DNA from: an uncultured Pseudomonadota bacterium | GTDB lineage: Bacteria; Oederibacteriota; Muellerivitia; Muellerivitales; Muellerivitaceae | Direction of reading: 5' to 3' | Length of the DNA stretch: 64,000 nt | Assembly (NCBI GenBank): GCA_963836235.1 | Contig: CAWIIP010000005.1 | Coordinates: 128,001-192,000, forward strand | Shown here: piece by piece, positions 44,769 to 55,102 of the stretch | Numbering within the stretch: position 1 is the first letter of the stretch | Layout: every line of letters starts with the position of its first letter | Translations under genes and position numbers: made by a program | The notes under the pieces: generated by a model | What the model saw: only the letters and a program-made list of their open reading frames with translations | What the model was told of the DNA's origin: nothing | Database searches by the model: none

Positions 44769-46307
44769 TCAGAATGAGAAGGACAAATTCACTCCACCTT
44801 CGATGCCGCTGAAATCCAAAGTTAAAGGAGTTGTCGAATCCCCCTTAGGAATGTTGGAGTAACCATTGGTATTGCCGCTTGCTGTTCCAACAGCCCCGGT
44901 TTTGGTATCGACTACAAGCGTACTCCCCGCATTTTGGAAACTAGACGCGCTCAAATAACGGTAACCAATATAGGGACCCAAGGCTATTCCCTTGCCCAAA
45001 CTGAAATCCACGCCAAGAATAGCTTGGGCATTAAAAGCCGTAGTGCTATAAGTTCCGGTGCTGGTATCGGTACCGAGTTGTATGGTTCCAGTAGTGTCAA
45101 AAGATTGCTTAGTGAACGTGGTGCTGACGGGTGAAATGCCTCCACCCAATCCCAAGTAACCCTTCACCTTGTCGTCCCCGAAAAGAATCTTGAACCCTAA
45201 ATCAGCCGTGATGATCGACGTATTAAAAATGTATTTCCAGACATCTGCATTAGTTCCTAGCATGAACCCACTATTAGGATTGGTGGTATAACCCGGGTTA
45301 TAATCGAAAGTGGTATAAGACAAATTTCCCACCGGGAAATATCCGATCGCCAGGTTGATCTCGAAATTTTTCCCCAATTGGACATAAGGCTCGAATTCGG
45401 GAAGGGCAATGACGTTTGGAGTGATCCCATTGAGGGAAACGCTTTGGGCAGCCGTCACATACTGTTTGATCTGGGTTGGATCAGCGAAAATATATTCTAT
45501 ACCACCCATCAAATGAAAGCCGACACTCGTGTCGTTGCCTTTTTCACCGGTGGCGCTCCCTCCACTGGCCATAGCCGTTCCCGTATATTTGGCGACTTGG
45601 TCATCCACCCACTGCTGATCATCTGCGGAAAGGGTGGCCTTTACCCGGTCGGCGTAAGCCTTAATGGAAGCATTGGGCTGTTTGGCGTTGGCGATAGCAA
45701 AATAAAGGGCCGCATTCTTGGCGTTTCCGGTGTTGTAGTAAGCGTATCCGGCGTAATAGTAAGGCCGGTAATCGTTAGGATTCTGTTGGATAGCCGCGTT
45801 GAAATACTGGATAGCTTGGGCATATTGGCGTTGTTGAAATAAGGAGTAACCCGTATTTAAGTAATTCGGAGCGGCTTGCGCCTGTCCCATCCCAGCTCCA
45901 GGCGTTGCTCCAGTACCACCGACTTGGGCTTGGAGATTTTGCACAAATTGGGCTAATTGAGCGTTACCCGGCTGTAATGCCGAGGCCCTTTGGTAAAAAG
46001 TAAGCGCGTCCGCCTTGCGGCCCAGGGCGTAGTAACAATTTCCCAATCCTTGGTAAGCCTGGCCATTATTGGGGTTCATTTTTACGGCGGCATTATAGTA
46101 CTGGGCGGCCTGGACGTAATTTTTCGCGCTATAATACTGATTGCCGGCGGCATAATATTGATCCGACGAGGCTCCTTGGGCTCCTACTGAAGCTGGCATC
46201 CACGCATTCGAGAACCCCGCCAAAATGAAAATGAAACCCCAGGTCTTCATGCCTCGCATTGCCGCCTCCGGTAAATGGGTTCTAAGTCGATTAAGATATG
46301 TTTTCAA
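44769..46307 (-). CDS. TPR-repeat protein with C-terminal outer-membrane beta-barrel
   Basis: Two TPR blocks (AYQGLGNCYY, YYYAGYAYY); C-terminal GVNLSFSF; true start probably near 46260. Confidence 0.75.
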   Translation of the reverse strand: MKTYLNRLRTHLPEAAMRGMKTWGFIFILAGFSNAWMPASVGAQGASSDQYYAAGNQYYSAKNYVQAAQYYNAAVKMNPNNGQAYQGLGNCYYALGRKADALTFYQRASALQPGNAQLAQFVQNLQAQVGGTGATPGAGMGQAQAAPNYLNTGYSLFQQRQYAQAIQYFNAAIQQNPNDYRPYYYAGYAYYNTGNAKNAALYFAIANAKQPNASIKAYADRVKATLSADDQQWVDDQVAKYTGTAMASGGSATGEKGNDTSVGFHLMGGIEYIFADPTQIKQYVTAAQSVSLNGITPNVIALPEFEPYVQLGKNFEINLAIGYFPVGNLSYTTFDYNPGYTTNPNSGFMLGTNADVWKYIFNTSIITADLGFKILFGDDKVKGYLGLGGGISPVSTTFTKQSFDTTGTIQLGTDTSTGTYSTTAFNAQAILGVDFSLGKGIALGPYIGYRYLSASSFQNAGSTLVVDTKTGAVGTASGNTNGYSNIPKGDSTTPLTLDFSGIEGGVNLSFSF

Positions 46308-46442
46308 GCTTTAAAGCATTGGACATTATAAAGTTTAAAAAAAACCCGTCTAGGAAAATGATTCCCTCTAAGCGGATTGAGTTTTAACGGTTTTTACCGG
46401 ATTTCCAGGGATTTAAACCATTCCGAATAAAGTTTGCGATTT

Positions 46443-47648
46443 TCAGGAAGAAGCCGGTGTCGCGACCGGAGCTTCCACTTCCCGGGCCCCTTCCTGAGGC
46501 TCATTCACATAAACTTGGGGAGAAATGTTGACTTGTTTTTTATACTCCCCACGAACCCGATCCACAAAGGCTTGGGAGTCGGCCGCCTTCACCAGGCAAA
46601 CCAACGCCCCTCCCCAACCGATACCCATCATGCGGGAACCGAGGCAACCGGGTTGATCGCGGACCACACGGGTCAGGATGTCCACTTCCTGGCAGGTCGC
46701 CTTCAATTTATCCGCCAGGGAATCGTGGGATTCGTTCAAAAGCTGTCCGAACCCGGCGTAATCGGCCTTGACCAGTAAGTCCTTTGCTTTTTTCACACGT
46801 TGATTTTCATAGACCACGTGGTCCAACCGCTTGCGCAGAATAATGTCGATGTTCTTGCGGGCCGTCTCATAAGCTTCCCCCCCGACATCTCTCAAGGAAA
46901 TAACTTTTGGAACGAATTTCCGGATTTCCACCAACAACTGGTTGAAAAGTTCGAGGCGCTTTTTGAACTCCTCTTCCCTTTCTTTTTTACGGACGCCGCT
47001 GTCAACCACCACCAACTTGTAGTTTTGGGAGTCAAAAGGTATGTATTCCGGCTTAAAGGTCCGGGCGTCGAATAAAACCAGTTGGTCTTTCTTGGCGAAT
47101 TTGATCGCATAAGGCGAAAAGTAATCTCCGCGCATGGACATAAATTGGCTTTCCACGCGATGGCAAAGTTTGGCCAGCGTGGCGTCGTCCAGGGGATGGG
47201 TACCCAGGTCATTACAGGCCACAGCAGTGGCAACCGTAATAGCTGCCGAAGTTCCCATGCCGATTCCTTCCGGCATGTCCGCGGCCACCACCATCTGGAT
47301 CCCATCTAACTTGCGCCCGGTCCGTTCGTAAAAATAAAGAACGCCTTTAGGAAAATTTGCCCATCCATCGGCCCGATCAAACTTCAAAGTGGTAAGGGAA
47401 ACCTTGATTTTTTCCTCATAATTCAAGGAATGGATAAAAGCCATCTTGTCTCCCCTTCGCTGGGCGGCCACCACCACCAAGTGATTGCCCGCCGCCAAAA
47501 GACTGAACCCATCCACAGCTTCTGTGTATTCCCCACCCAATAATGTCAAGCGGCTTGGGGCCACGACCATAGTAATCTTTCGTCCGGAATCACCATATTG
47601 GTGGATAAAAGTGGCTTGGGCTTTTTTAACGAGTTCTTCAAGTGGCAT
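46443..47648 (-). CDS. galactokinase-like GHMP protein with degenerate active site
   Basis: PEGIGMGTSAA, HVVYENQRV, ESHDSL, GSRMMGIGWGG; GEHTDY and CGIMDQ motifs are altered. Confidence 0.8.
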   Translation of the reverse strand: MPLEELVKKAQATFIHQYGDSGRKITMVVAPSRLTLLGGEYTEAVDGFSLLAAGNHLVVVAAQRRGDKMAFIHSLNYEEKIKVSLTTLKFDRADGWANFPKGVLYFYERTGRKLDGIQMVVAADMPEGIGMGTSAAITVATAVACNDLGTHPLDDATLAKLCHRVESQFMSMRGDYFSPYAIKFAKKDQLVLFDARTFKPEYIPFDSQNYKLVVVDSGVRKKEREEEFKKRLELFNQLLVEIRKFVPKVISLRDVGGEAYETARKNIDIILRKRLDHVVYENQRVKKAKDLLVKADYAGFGQLLNESHDSLADKLKATCQEVDILTRVVRDQPGCLGSRMMGIGWGGALVCLVKAADSQAFVDRVRGEYKKQVNISPQVYVNEPQEGAREVEAPVATPASS

Positions 47649-47662
47649 AAATCCTCCGGGAA

Positions 47663-48484
47663 CTATTTGTGGAATAAAACCAAGTAAAAAAAAAGGACGG
47701 GGGCGTTAAAGAGTAAACTGTCGATCCGGTCAAAGACACCGCCGTGACCCGGAAGCAAAGAACCCGAATCCTTGGCGGAGAGACTGCGTTTGATAAGTGA
47801 TTCTACCAGATCGCCCAGTTGCCCAAACAAAGAAAGTAGGAGAGAAAGCGCCAAAACATCCAGGAGAGAAAAAGTTTGGGCAAAAATTGGCACAATTTTC
47901 CACAGAAGGAGTAATCCCGCCAAGACCAGTACAAGTCCACCTATGCAACCTTCTATGGATTTGTTAGGGGAAGCCAAGGGAGCGAAATGATGTTTTCCCC
48001 ATCGATTCCCCGCGAAATAGCCTCCAGTGTCATAGGCCCATGTAGCAACATAAAGCCAAAGAAGGAACCAAGCGCCTTGGGATAAATCTCTTAAAAGCAA
48101 AAAATAACGGCCTAAAATACCGAAGTAAATGGCACCAAAAAAAGTGACACTGACAGAAACTACCATTTCCTTTAAAGGCCGTTTGGACCAGAGGAAAGAA
48201 AGAGTTAAAACAAAAAGTCCCAGTGCGAAAACATCGCCCTCACCCAAAGACAAAAAAGGCATGGCGACGCAAGGTAAAAGAAGAAGGCCGAACACGGCCA
48301 AACCTTCTACCCGCAAGGTTCTTAATTTATGGGCATCCGCCAACTGAAAATATTCCATCAAGGCCAAACCCAAACCCATGGACACGATCACTTTAAAAGG
48401 TAATACCCAACCGCAAAAAGTAAGTGCCAGCAGAGCGGGAATTCCCACCATGGACACAAGGATCCGCTTGGTTAGGGTGCCCAC
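47663..48484 (-). CDS. cdsA: phosphatidate cytidylyltransferase
   Basis: DTGGYFAG, SPNKSIEG, KDSGSLLPGHGGVFDRIDS. Confidence 0.95.
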   Translation of the reverse strand: MGTLTKRILVSMVGIPALLALTFCGWVLPFKVIVSMGLGLALMEYFQLADAHKLRTLRVEGLAVFGLLLLPCVAMPFLSLGEGDVFALGLFVLTLSFLWSKRPLKEMVVSVSVTFFGAIYFGILGRYFLLLRDLSQGAWFLLWLYVATWAYDTGGYFAGNRWGKHHFAPLASPNKSIEGCIGGLVLVLAGLLLLWKIVPIFAQTFSLLDVLALSLLLSLFGQLGDLVESLIKRSLSAKDSGSLLPGHGGVFDRIDSLLFNAPVLFFYLVLFHK

Positions 48485-49254
48485 GAGGTTACACTCCCCA
48501 TAATGCTTTCAACCCCTCCAAACCGCCTTTGGCGGGTCTGAAAGTCGCGCAAGGCGGCGATAAAATGAGGTGTCCTGAAATCCGGCCAAAGGGTTTTGGT
48601 GACGTGGAATTCGGAGTAGGCCAATTCCCAAAGAAGAAAATTAGAAACCCTCATTTCCCCGCTGGTGCGGATTAATAGGTCCACCTCCGGTAATTGACTT
48701 GTGGAGAGAAACCCCGCGATTATTTTTTCGGAAATGGCAACCGGATTTAATTTCCCCGCCTTAACTTGTTGAGCGATCTTTTTAACCGCCCTTGTCAAAT
48801 CATTTCGGCCGCTATAGGACAAGGCCAATACCAGCTTTAAACCCGTGCAATGGGACGTCGCCTGAATGGATTTTTTAAGTTCTTCTCGAATTTCAATGGG
48901 AAGGTCCTCGGCATGTCCAATGGTTTGAAGCTGAACGTTATTTTGTAAAAGTTCTTCCACTTCATTGCGCAAGTATTGTTTTAAAAGTTGCATTAGAAGA
49001 CTGACTTCCCGGCGGGGCCTTTTCCAGTTTTCGGTGGAAAAAGCGTAAAGAGTCAGGGTTTCCAATCCAAATTCACCTGATAATCTTACGATTTCTCGGA
49101 TGGAATGGGCTCCGGCTCGGTGGCCGGCAATGCGAGGTAAATGACGCTTTTTCGCCCACCGACCATTGCCATCCATGATGATGGCAACGTGGCGGGGCAA
49201 ATGCGATTTCAAGCGGTAACGTTTAAGAAGGGCGGCCTTTTTGGGGGTTTCCAC
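48472..49254 (-). CDS. uppS: undecaprenyl diphosphate synthase
   Basis: HVAIIMDGNGRWA, FSTENWKRP, IRTSGEMRVSNFLLW. Confidence 0.97.
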   Translation of the reverse strand: METPKKAALLKRYRLKSHLPRHVAIIMDGNGRWAKKRHLPRIAGHRAGAHSIREIVRLSGEFGLETLTLYAFSTENWKRPRREVSLLMQLLKQYLRNEVEELLQNNVQLQTIGHAEDLPIEIREELKKSIQATSHCTGLKLVLALSYSGRNDLTRAVKKIAQQVKAGKLNPVAISEKIIAGFLSTSQLPEVDLLIRTSGEMRVSNFLLWELAYSEFHVTKTLWPDFRTPHFIAALRDFQTRQRRFGGVESIMGSVTSWAP

Positions 49255-49262
49255 AGCCTTGG

Positions 49263-49820
49263 TTAGAACTCCATGATTTCTTTTTCTTTGTGCTCACTGA
49301 GTTTCCCAATTTCCTGCGTATAAAGATCCGTCGTTTTCTGGATTCGCTCGTGAAATTTCTTGAAGTCGTCTTCGGGAATTTCTTTTTTCATGTGATCCAA
49401 ATCCTTGTTGGCATCCTGCCGGATACTTCGAATAGCCACCCTTCCACCTTCGGCGTGCTTGTGAACCAACTTCACGAATTCCTTCCGCCGTTCTTCGGTC
49501 AGGGGGGGCATCGAAAGCCGGATGACTTTCCCATCGTTGTTGGGGGAGATTCCCAAATCGCTTTTTTGAAGGGCCTTTTCGATTTCCATCAAAGCCTGGG
49601 GGTCCCAGGGTTTCATTTCCAGGGTTCGGGAATCGGGCACCGAAATATTGGCCACCTGGTTTAAGGGAACAAACGAGCCGTAATACTCGACTTTAATATT
49701 TTCCACCAGGGCTGCGGAGGCCCTGCCCGTCCGAACAGTGGAAAACTCCCGTTTGGTGGCGTCGACGGCTTTCTTCATTTTGGATTCAGCATCATTTAAG
49801 ACTTGGTTCGCGTCTGCCAT
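49263..49820 (-). CDS. frr: ribosome recycling factor
   Basis: VRTGRAS, PPLTEERRKE, KEKEIM. Confidence 0.97.
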   Translation of the reverse strand: MADANQVLNDAESKMKKAVDATKREFSTVRTGRASAALVENIKVEYYGSFVPLNQVANISVPDSRTLEMKPWDPQALMEIEKALQKSDLGISPNNDGKVIRLSMPPLTEERRKEFVKLVHKHAEGGRVAIRSIRQDANKDLDHMKKEIPEDDFKKFHERIQKTTDLYTQEIGKLSEHKEKEIMEF

Positions 49821-49945
49821 GGTTTCCACCTCAAAAATCAGAATCCCATCCGATAACTGCGCTTCAAAAAGGGGGTGAGTTATTTTTCATTTATAAAAAA
49901 TTTCTTCCCTATCTTTCGGCGTCTTCGTTCTGGACTTTTGTTTTA

Positions 49946-50710
49946 TCAGTTTTTAACAACCGTTCCAATCGGTTCACCGCAAACCGCGCGTTGGATGTTA
50001 CCGGGTTGATGAAGATCGAAAACAACGATGGGAAGCTTGTTTTCCATGCAAAGGGTAAGGGCGGTCGTATCCATGACCCGTAGTTGGCGATTGATCGCGT
50101 CGATATAAGTGAGGTTCTTGAACTTCTTGGCCTGGGGGTCCTTCTTGGGGTCCGCGCTATAAATGCCGTCCACGTTGGTGGCTTTGAGGATAGCGTCCGC
50201 CCCGATCTCGATGGCTCTTAGCGCCGCAGCCGTATCGGTAGTGAAGTAGGGATTTCCCGTTCCGCCTGCGAAGATAACGATGCGGCCCTTTTCCATGTGC
50301 CGTAACGCCCGGCGCCGAATATAGGGCTCGGCGACTTTGGACATTTCAATGGCGCTTTGGACTCTGGTGTGAGCCCCTTGTTGCTCGAGAGCGTTTTGAA
50401 GCGCGAGCGCATTGATCAAAGTGGCCAGCATACCCATGTAATCCGAGGAAACCCGGTCCATTCCCATGCGTTCACCATCGGCGCCCCGGTAGATATTGCC
50501 GCCGCCGATGACAAGGGCGATTTCCACCCCGGATTTTTGGACATCATAGACCGCTCCAGCAATGGCCCGGACGACCTTTTCATCGATACGGTGTTCATTG
50601 TCTCCTGCCAAAGCCTCACCTGAGAGCTTTAGCAACACCCGGCGGTAAACCGGCTTCGACTTTGAACTTTTAGGAACCTTTGGAGCCATTTTCTTTTCCA
50701 TGAAAGACAT
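49946..50710 (-). CDS. pyrH: UMP kinase
   Basis: [26 protein letters not shown]. Confidence 0.97.
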   Translation of the reverse strand: MSFMEKKMAPKVPKSSKSKPVYRRVLLKLSGEALAGDNEHRIDEKVVRAIAGAVYDVQKSGVEIALVIGGGNIYRGADGERMGMDRVSSDYMGMLATLINALALQNALEQQGAHTRVQSAIEMSKVAEPYIRRRALRHMEKGRIVIFAGGTGNPYFTTDTAAALRAIEIGADAILKATNVDGIYSADPKKDPQAKKFKNLTYIDAINRQLRVMDTTALTLCMENKLPIVVFDLHQPGNIQRAVCGEPIGTVVKN

Positions 50711-50758
50711 TTCAAAAGGCAGTCAAGTGGCCGCCAGCTTAACTGGCGGCGGTGATAA

Positions 50759-51349
50759 TTACTCGCCTAATTGCAGCCTTGAGAACCGGCGGACCACCAC
50801 GTTTTCACCCAGTTTAGCTGCCACTTCGGTAACATATTGCTTGACGCTTTTTTTAGGCTCACGAATGTAGGGCTGGTCCATCAGGCACACCTGTTTATAG
50901 TAGCTTTCGATCTTGCCTTCGGCGATTTTCGCTTGGACAGCTTCCGGTTTGCCCGATTGTTTTGCTTCGTTCATATAAATTTCGCGTTCTTTATCTAATT
51001 CGGTCGCTGGAACTTCTTCCCGGTTGACATACTTGGGAGCTGACGCAGCCACTTGCATGGCTAATTCCTTGGCTAGGTTCTGGAAATCATCCGTTTTGGC
51101 CACGAAATCCGTCTCGCAATTGACCTCGACTAAAACTCCCACTTTGCCACTATGGACGTAGTTCCCAATGATTCCTTGGTTGGCGCTGCGCCCGGAGCGC
51201 TTAGCCACTTGGGACATCCCCTTTTCCCGTAGCCAAACCACCGCCTTCTCGAAGTCACCCATTGTTTCTGACAAGGCTTTCTTACAATCCATCATTCCTG
51301 CGCCGGTTTTTTCGCGCAAGTCTTTTACGGCTGTTGCTGTAATTTCCAT
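50759..51349 (-). CDS. tsf: elongation factor Ts (short form); frame stays open upstream to ATG 51472
   Basis: [27 protein letters not shown]; SD GGAGG before ATG 51349. Confidence 0.96.
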   Translation of the reverse strand: MEITATAVKDLREKTGAGMMDCKKALSETMGDFEKAVVWLREKGMSQVAKRSGRSANQGIIGNYVHSGKVGVLVEVNCETDFVAKTDDFQNLAKELAMQVAASAPKYVNREEVPATELDKEREIYMNEAKQSGKPEAVQAKIAEGKIESYYKQVCLMDQPYIREPKKSVKQYVTEVAAKLGENVVVRRFSRLQLGE

Positions 51350-51541
51350 TCCATTTTCCTCCAGATCATTGCCGCACTCGGGACATTTTCCAGGCGTGTT
51401 GCTTATGATGCCGTCCTTTTTACATATATACATGGATTTGCTATCTTCTGGGACACCCGACGTTGCCCTCATTTCTAAAAATCCTTTTAGGGCACAAAAA
51501 AACTGAGTGGCACCATACCCTCCCGCTTCCTTCAAGCCATA

Positions 51542-52519
51542 TCAGGGTTTGTCGTCCCTCACACGCTTGGTGCGGATACGTTCGACCTTTTCACTGGCCA
51601 ATTCGTCGGCAATGACTGCAACCGTTTCAGCGTCACCTGCCAGGGTTTCCACGCCGCCCACTAGGAGTTCAGCCACTTCTTTTTGCTCGGGGATTTCCTC
51701 AATTTGGATTTCGGCTTCAACCACTGCGACTTCACCTTCGGCTGGAACAGATTTTTCCTGCTCGGCCGCGGCCAGCATTTCCGCGCCCACTTCGCTGGGC
51801 CCAACCGCTCCTTCAGCGGAAATTTCTTTGCCTTCCAATTCTTTGGAACGACCTTCCAAAATAGCGCTGGCCATGACAGAAGTCATGAGCTTTACAGCGC
51901 GGATGGCGTCGTCGTTTCCAGGAATGACCACGTCTACTTCGCCAGGGTCACAATTAGTATCCACCACCGCAATCACGGGAATCCCCAATTTACGAGCTTC
52001 CTGAACCGCTATATGTTCTTTCTTGGTGTCGATTACAAAAATAGCCCCGGGCAGTTTTCCGACATTTTTAATTCCACCCAAAGACCTTTGAAGCTTACTT
52101 TTATCTTTGTTCAATCCTGCCTGTTCTTTTTTAGAACGGTCATTCATTTCCTGTTCGGAAATACTCTCCAATTCTTTCAAATAGCCGATAGATTTTTTGA
52201 TGGTGGTAAAGTTGGTGAGCATTCCGCCCAGCCATCGGTAGTTGACATAAGGCATTCCACAGCGATCCGCCTCTTCCTTGATGGCGTCCTGGGCCTGTTT
52301 TTTGGTACCAACAAACACGATGGTCTCACCCGAGGCCGCCAGGTCTTTCACGAATTGGTAGGCTTCCTTGAGCTTTTTGACGGTTTTTTGAAGGTCGATA
52401 ATGTGAATCCCATTACGCTCCCCGAATATATAGAGGGCCATCTTGGGATTCCAACGGCGGGTCTGGTGACCGAAATGCACACCAGCTTCTAACAACTGCT
52501 TCATTGAAACAGACATCAT
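51542..52519 (-). CDS. rpsB: 30S ribosomal protein S2 with acidic C-terminal extension
   Basis: [29 protein letters not shown]. Confidence 0.98.
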   Translation of the reverse strand: MMSVSMKQLLEAGVHFGHQTRRWNPKMALYIFGERNGIHIIDLQKTVKKLKEAYQFVKDLAASGETIVFVGTKKQAQDAIKEEADRCGMPYVNYRWLGGMLTNFTTIKKSIGYLKELESISEQEMNDRSKKEQAGLNKDKSKLQRSLGGIKNVGKLPGAIFVIDTKKEHIAVQEARKLGIPVIAVVDTNCDPGEVDVVIPGNDDAIRAVKLMTSVMASAILEGRSKELEGKEISAEGAVGPSEVGAEMLAAAEQEKSVPAEGEVAVVEAEIQIEEIPEQKEVAELLVGGVETLAGDAETVAVIADELASEKVERIRTKRVRDDKP

Positions 52520-52793
52520 GGTACGGCTCCTTTAAGTTTTTCCACCGCTTCTTCTTACCACCGAGAGTGGATTCCTTTCCAACCAAGAGGCCACTGAAAG
52601 GAACGTTGAAAGAGCGTGAGAGATGGGCCGCATTTACTGCCGGGCCCGCTTCAACTGGGCCGAAGCCTGTTGAAGCGGTATGGTTATAACATGCGCCACC
52701 GACGGCAACAAGGGGTAATCAAAGGGAAAAACGATCTTTTAGAGGCTTTGGGCCACCCAAGGTAGCTCGGTAAGAAGTTTCAACAAGGGATTG

Positions 52794-55016
52794 TTAGGGA
52801 TGGGCTTCCTTGCCCATCCGAAAGATAATATCTTTACCATAAACCAAGGTGTCGTGGTCGAAAAACTTTTTTTTATACTCGATTCCATCGACTAAAAGCG
52901 ATTGAACGTAAAGGTTATCGACCGAGTTATCGATGCTTTTCAACGTCAATAAACCGCTGGGATAAACCATCTTGTCTAGATAAACATCCACCTGTTGGAA
53001 AAGCGGGCTTCCCAATTGGTACGTGTTGCTTCCGGGGCAAACCGGATAAAATCCGATGGCCGAGAAAAGATACCAAACTGACATGACGCCACAATCGTCG
53101 TTTCCTGGAATCCCGTCTGGCGTGGCTTTATAATATTTTCCCATCAATTCCCTAGTTTCTTTTTGTGTGCGCCAGGCTTCCTTCGGTACATAATCGAAAA
53201 GATAAGGCCAAGCCAAATCTGGCTCGTTGGTGGCGTCATAATGGCCGCCTTCAAAACACTGTCGCAGACGCTTCACAAAGGCCTCGTCACCACCCAACAG
53301 CATCTTGAGGCCGTCCATATCTTGGGGCGCGAAAAAAAGATATTGCCAAGCCGTGCCTTCCACATAGCCCGGCCCTCCATTGTCCGGCCAGCTTTGGTCG
53401 CAACAGTTGGTAACAGGATTAAATGGCGTCATCCAGGTTCCATCGCGGTTTTTTGCCCGTAGAAATCCGGTATTTGAATCATAAAAATTCCGGTAGACAC
53501 CGGACATATGAATGTACTTTTCATAATCCTTGGGCTTCTGGAGGTCTTTGGCCATTTGGGCCAGGCACCAGAAATCATAGGAATATTCCAAGCTGGTCGA
53601 AACCGATCCCCAAAGCAGATCCCCACTATCGTCATCTTTGGGTATGAACTCGTATTGGAGAAGGGACTTCAAGCCGCCGTAGATTTTATTGTCCTTGGGG
53701 TCCAGGCTTTTCACCATAGAATCATAGGCTGAACCAACGTCAAAATCTTTGAGTCCCTGCCGGTAAGCATCCAGCAAAACCGGAACCGCCGGGCAACCCA
53801 CCATCACTCGGGTTTCATTCCCCGCCAGTTCCCACTTGGGAAGCCAGCCACTTTCCTTAGACATCTCGACTAGACTTTTCACCATGTCCAAATCCCTTTC
53901 AGGATAAAAGAGGCCCAAAAAAGGATGAAGGTTACGATAAGTATCCCAAAGTGAAAAAACATGGTAGCGGGTATAACTGTCGGCCGTTTTCACGCCCTGA
54001 TGGTTCATGCTTTGGTATTGGCCGTTCACATCGGAAAAAACGCTGGGGTGGATTAACGCGTGGTAAAGGGCCGTATAAAAAATTTTCAACTGGTCGTTAG
54101 AAGCTCCCGTAATCTTAATCCGGGAAAGCACCCCCTCCCAAGCCACCTGGGCCTCAGACCGGATAGCTTGAAAATCCCACCCCGAAACCTCCGTTTTCAA
54201 ATTAAGCCGGGCGTTCTCAACGCTCACGTAGGATATTCCCACTTTTACCATAATGGATTCCTGTCCCGTTGTCGAAAACCTGAAAAAAGCTCCAACGTCT
54301 TTCCCCTCTTGCTCCCTGTTTTCCGAAGACACACCGTCTTTCCAAGTTCCCGCCTGAATGGCCTTTTTGCTGAATTGGGCCACGAAATAAACAGTTTGCT
54401 TGTTACCCGCATAAGGCGTGCAAAAATCCCCGCTTTGAGAAAAGCCTTCCACTTCCATATTAGAGATGATCTTGACGCTGGATTTAAACGAAGGAGATTT
54501 CAAAGTCACCGGATCAGTCGTTAACCGGTGATTGGCGTCTAAAAGGATATTGGCGTCTCCTTTGCAAGCCGGAAAAGAATATTGGCTGACCCCCACGCGA
54601 GTGGTGGCCGTCATTTCCGCCAGGATGTCATAGGTTTTAAGATGGACAGAATAATAACCGGGTGCGGAGGTTTCGGAATCATAAGCGGACTTCCATTGTT
54701 CGAGAGAAGTCTGGATTTTTCCGGTGGTCGGCATTAAAAGAACATTCCCCAAGTCGGGACAACCCGTACCGCTCAAATGGACATGGCCGAATCCATAGAG
54801 AGGGGGTTCACCATAAATATATCCCGAAGGTGCTTGGGGAGCGTTATGAGGACTCACTGAAACCATGCCCCAAGGCACCAAAGCTCCTGGAAAAGTATTT
54901 CCACCATTGGCCGTTCCCACAAAGGGGTTCACCCAATCCGTCAGCCCCGCTCCACTCACATGAGAGAAAGCGAAAGAATAAAAGGTTAACGCTAATCCCA
55001 ACCAAAACCGGAACAT
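52794..55016 (-). CDS. GH92 alpha-mannosidase
   Basis: VNPFVGT, HLSGTGC, SLWDTYR, EGTAWQY, NEP, PGNDDCG. Confidence 0.93.
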   Translation of the reverse strand: MFRFWLGLALTFYSFAFSHVSGAGLTDWVNPFVGTANGGNTFPGALVPWGMVSVSPHNAPQAPSGYIYGEPPLYGFGHVHLSGTGCPDLGNVLLMPTTGKIQTSLEQWKSAYDSETSAPGYYSVHLKTYDILAEMTATTRVGVSQYSFPACKGDANILLDANHRLTTDPVTLKSPSFKSSVKIISNMEVEGFSQSGDFCTPYAGNKQTVYFVAQFSKKAIQAGTWKDGVSSENREQEGKDVGAFFRFSTTGQESIMVKVGISYVSVENARLNLKTEVSGWDFQAIRSEAQVAWEGVLSRIKITGASNDQLKIFYTALYHALIHPSVFSDVNGQYQSMNHQGVKTADSYTRYHVFSLWDTYRNLHPFLGLFYPERDLDMVKSLVEMSKESGWLPKWELAGNETRVMVGCPAVPVLLDAYRQGLKDFDVGSAYDSMVKSLDPKDNKIYGGLKSLLQYEFIPKDDDSGDLLWGSVSTSLEYSYDFWCLAQMAKDLQKPKDYEKYIHMSGVYRNFYDSNTGFLRAKNRDGTWMTPFNPVTNCCDQSWPDNGGPGYVEGTAWQYLFFAPQDMDGLKMLLGGDEAFVKRLRQCFEGGHYDATNEPDLAWPYLFDYVPKEAWRTQKETRELMGKYYKATPDGIPGNDDCGVMSVWYLFSAIGFYPVCPGSNTYQLGSPLFQQVDVYLDKMVYPSGLLTLKSIDNSVDNLYVQSLLVDGIEYKKKFFDHDTLVYGKDIIFRMGKEAHP

Positions 55017-55102
55017 GTTTTCTCGCTTTTCCTTTTCCAAAAAACGGTGAAAGCCTTAAAATGCTTTGTCGCGCGGAATTCCACATAAACGGGAGTCTGA
55101 CC

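Noticed and set aside
52520-52690. rpsB 5' leader as a possible novel ncRNA
   Set aside because: Structured autoregulatory leaders are expected before rpsB, and I could not define a structure by eye
54662-55102. N-terminal extension of the NUDIX-GNAT ORF
   Set aside because: It overlaps GH92 on the opposite strand; a better start with an SD exists at 55103
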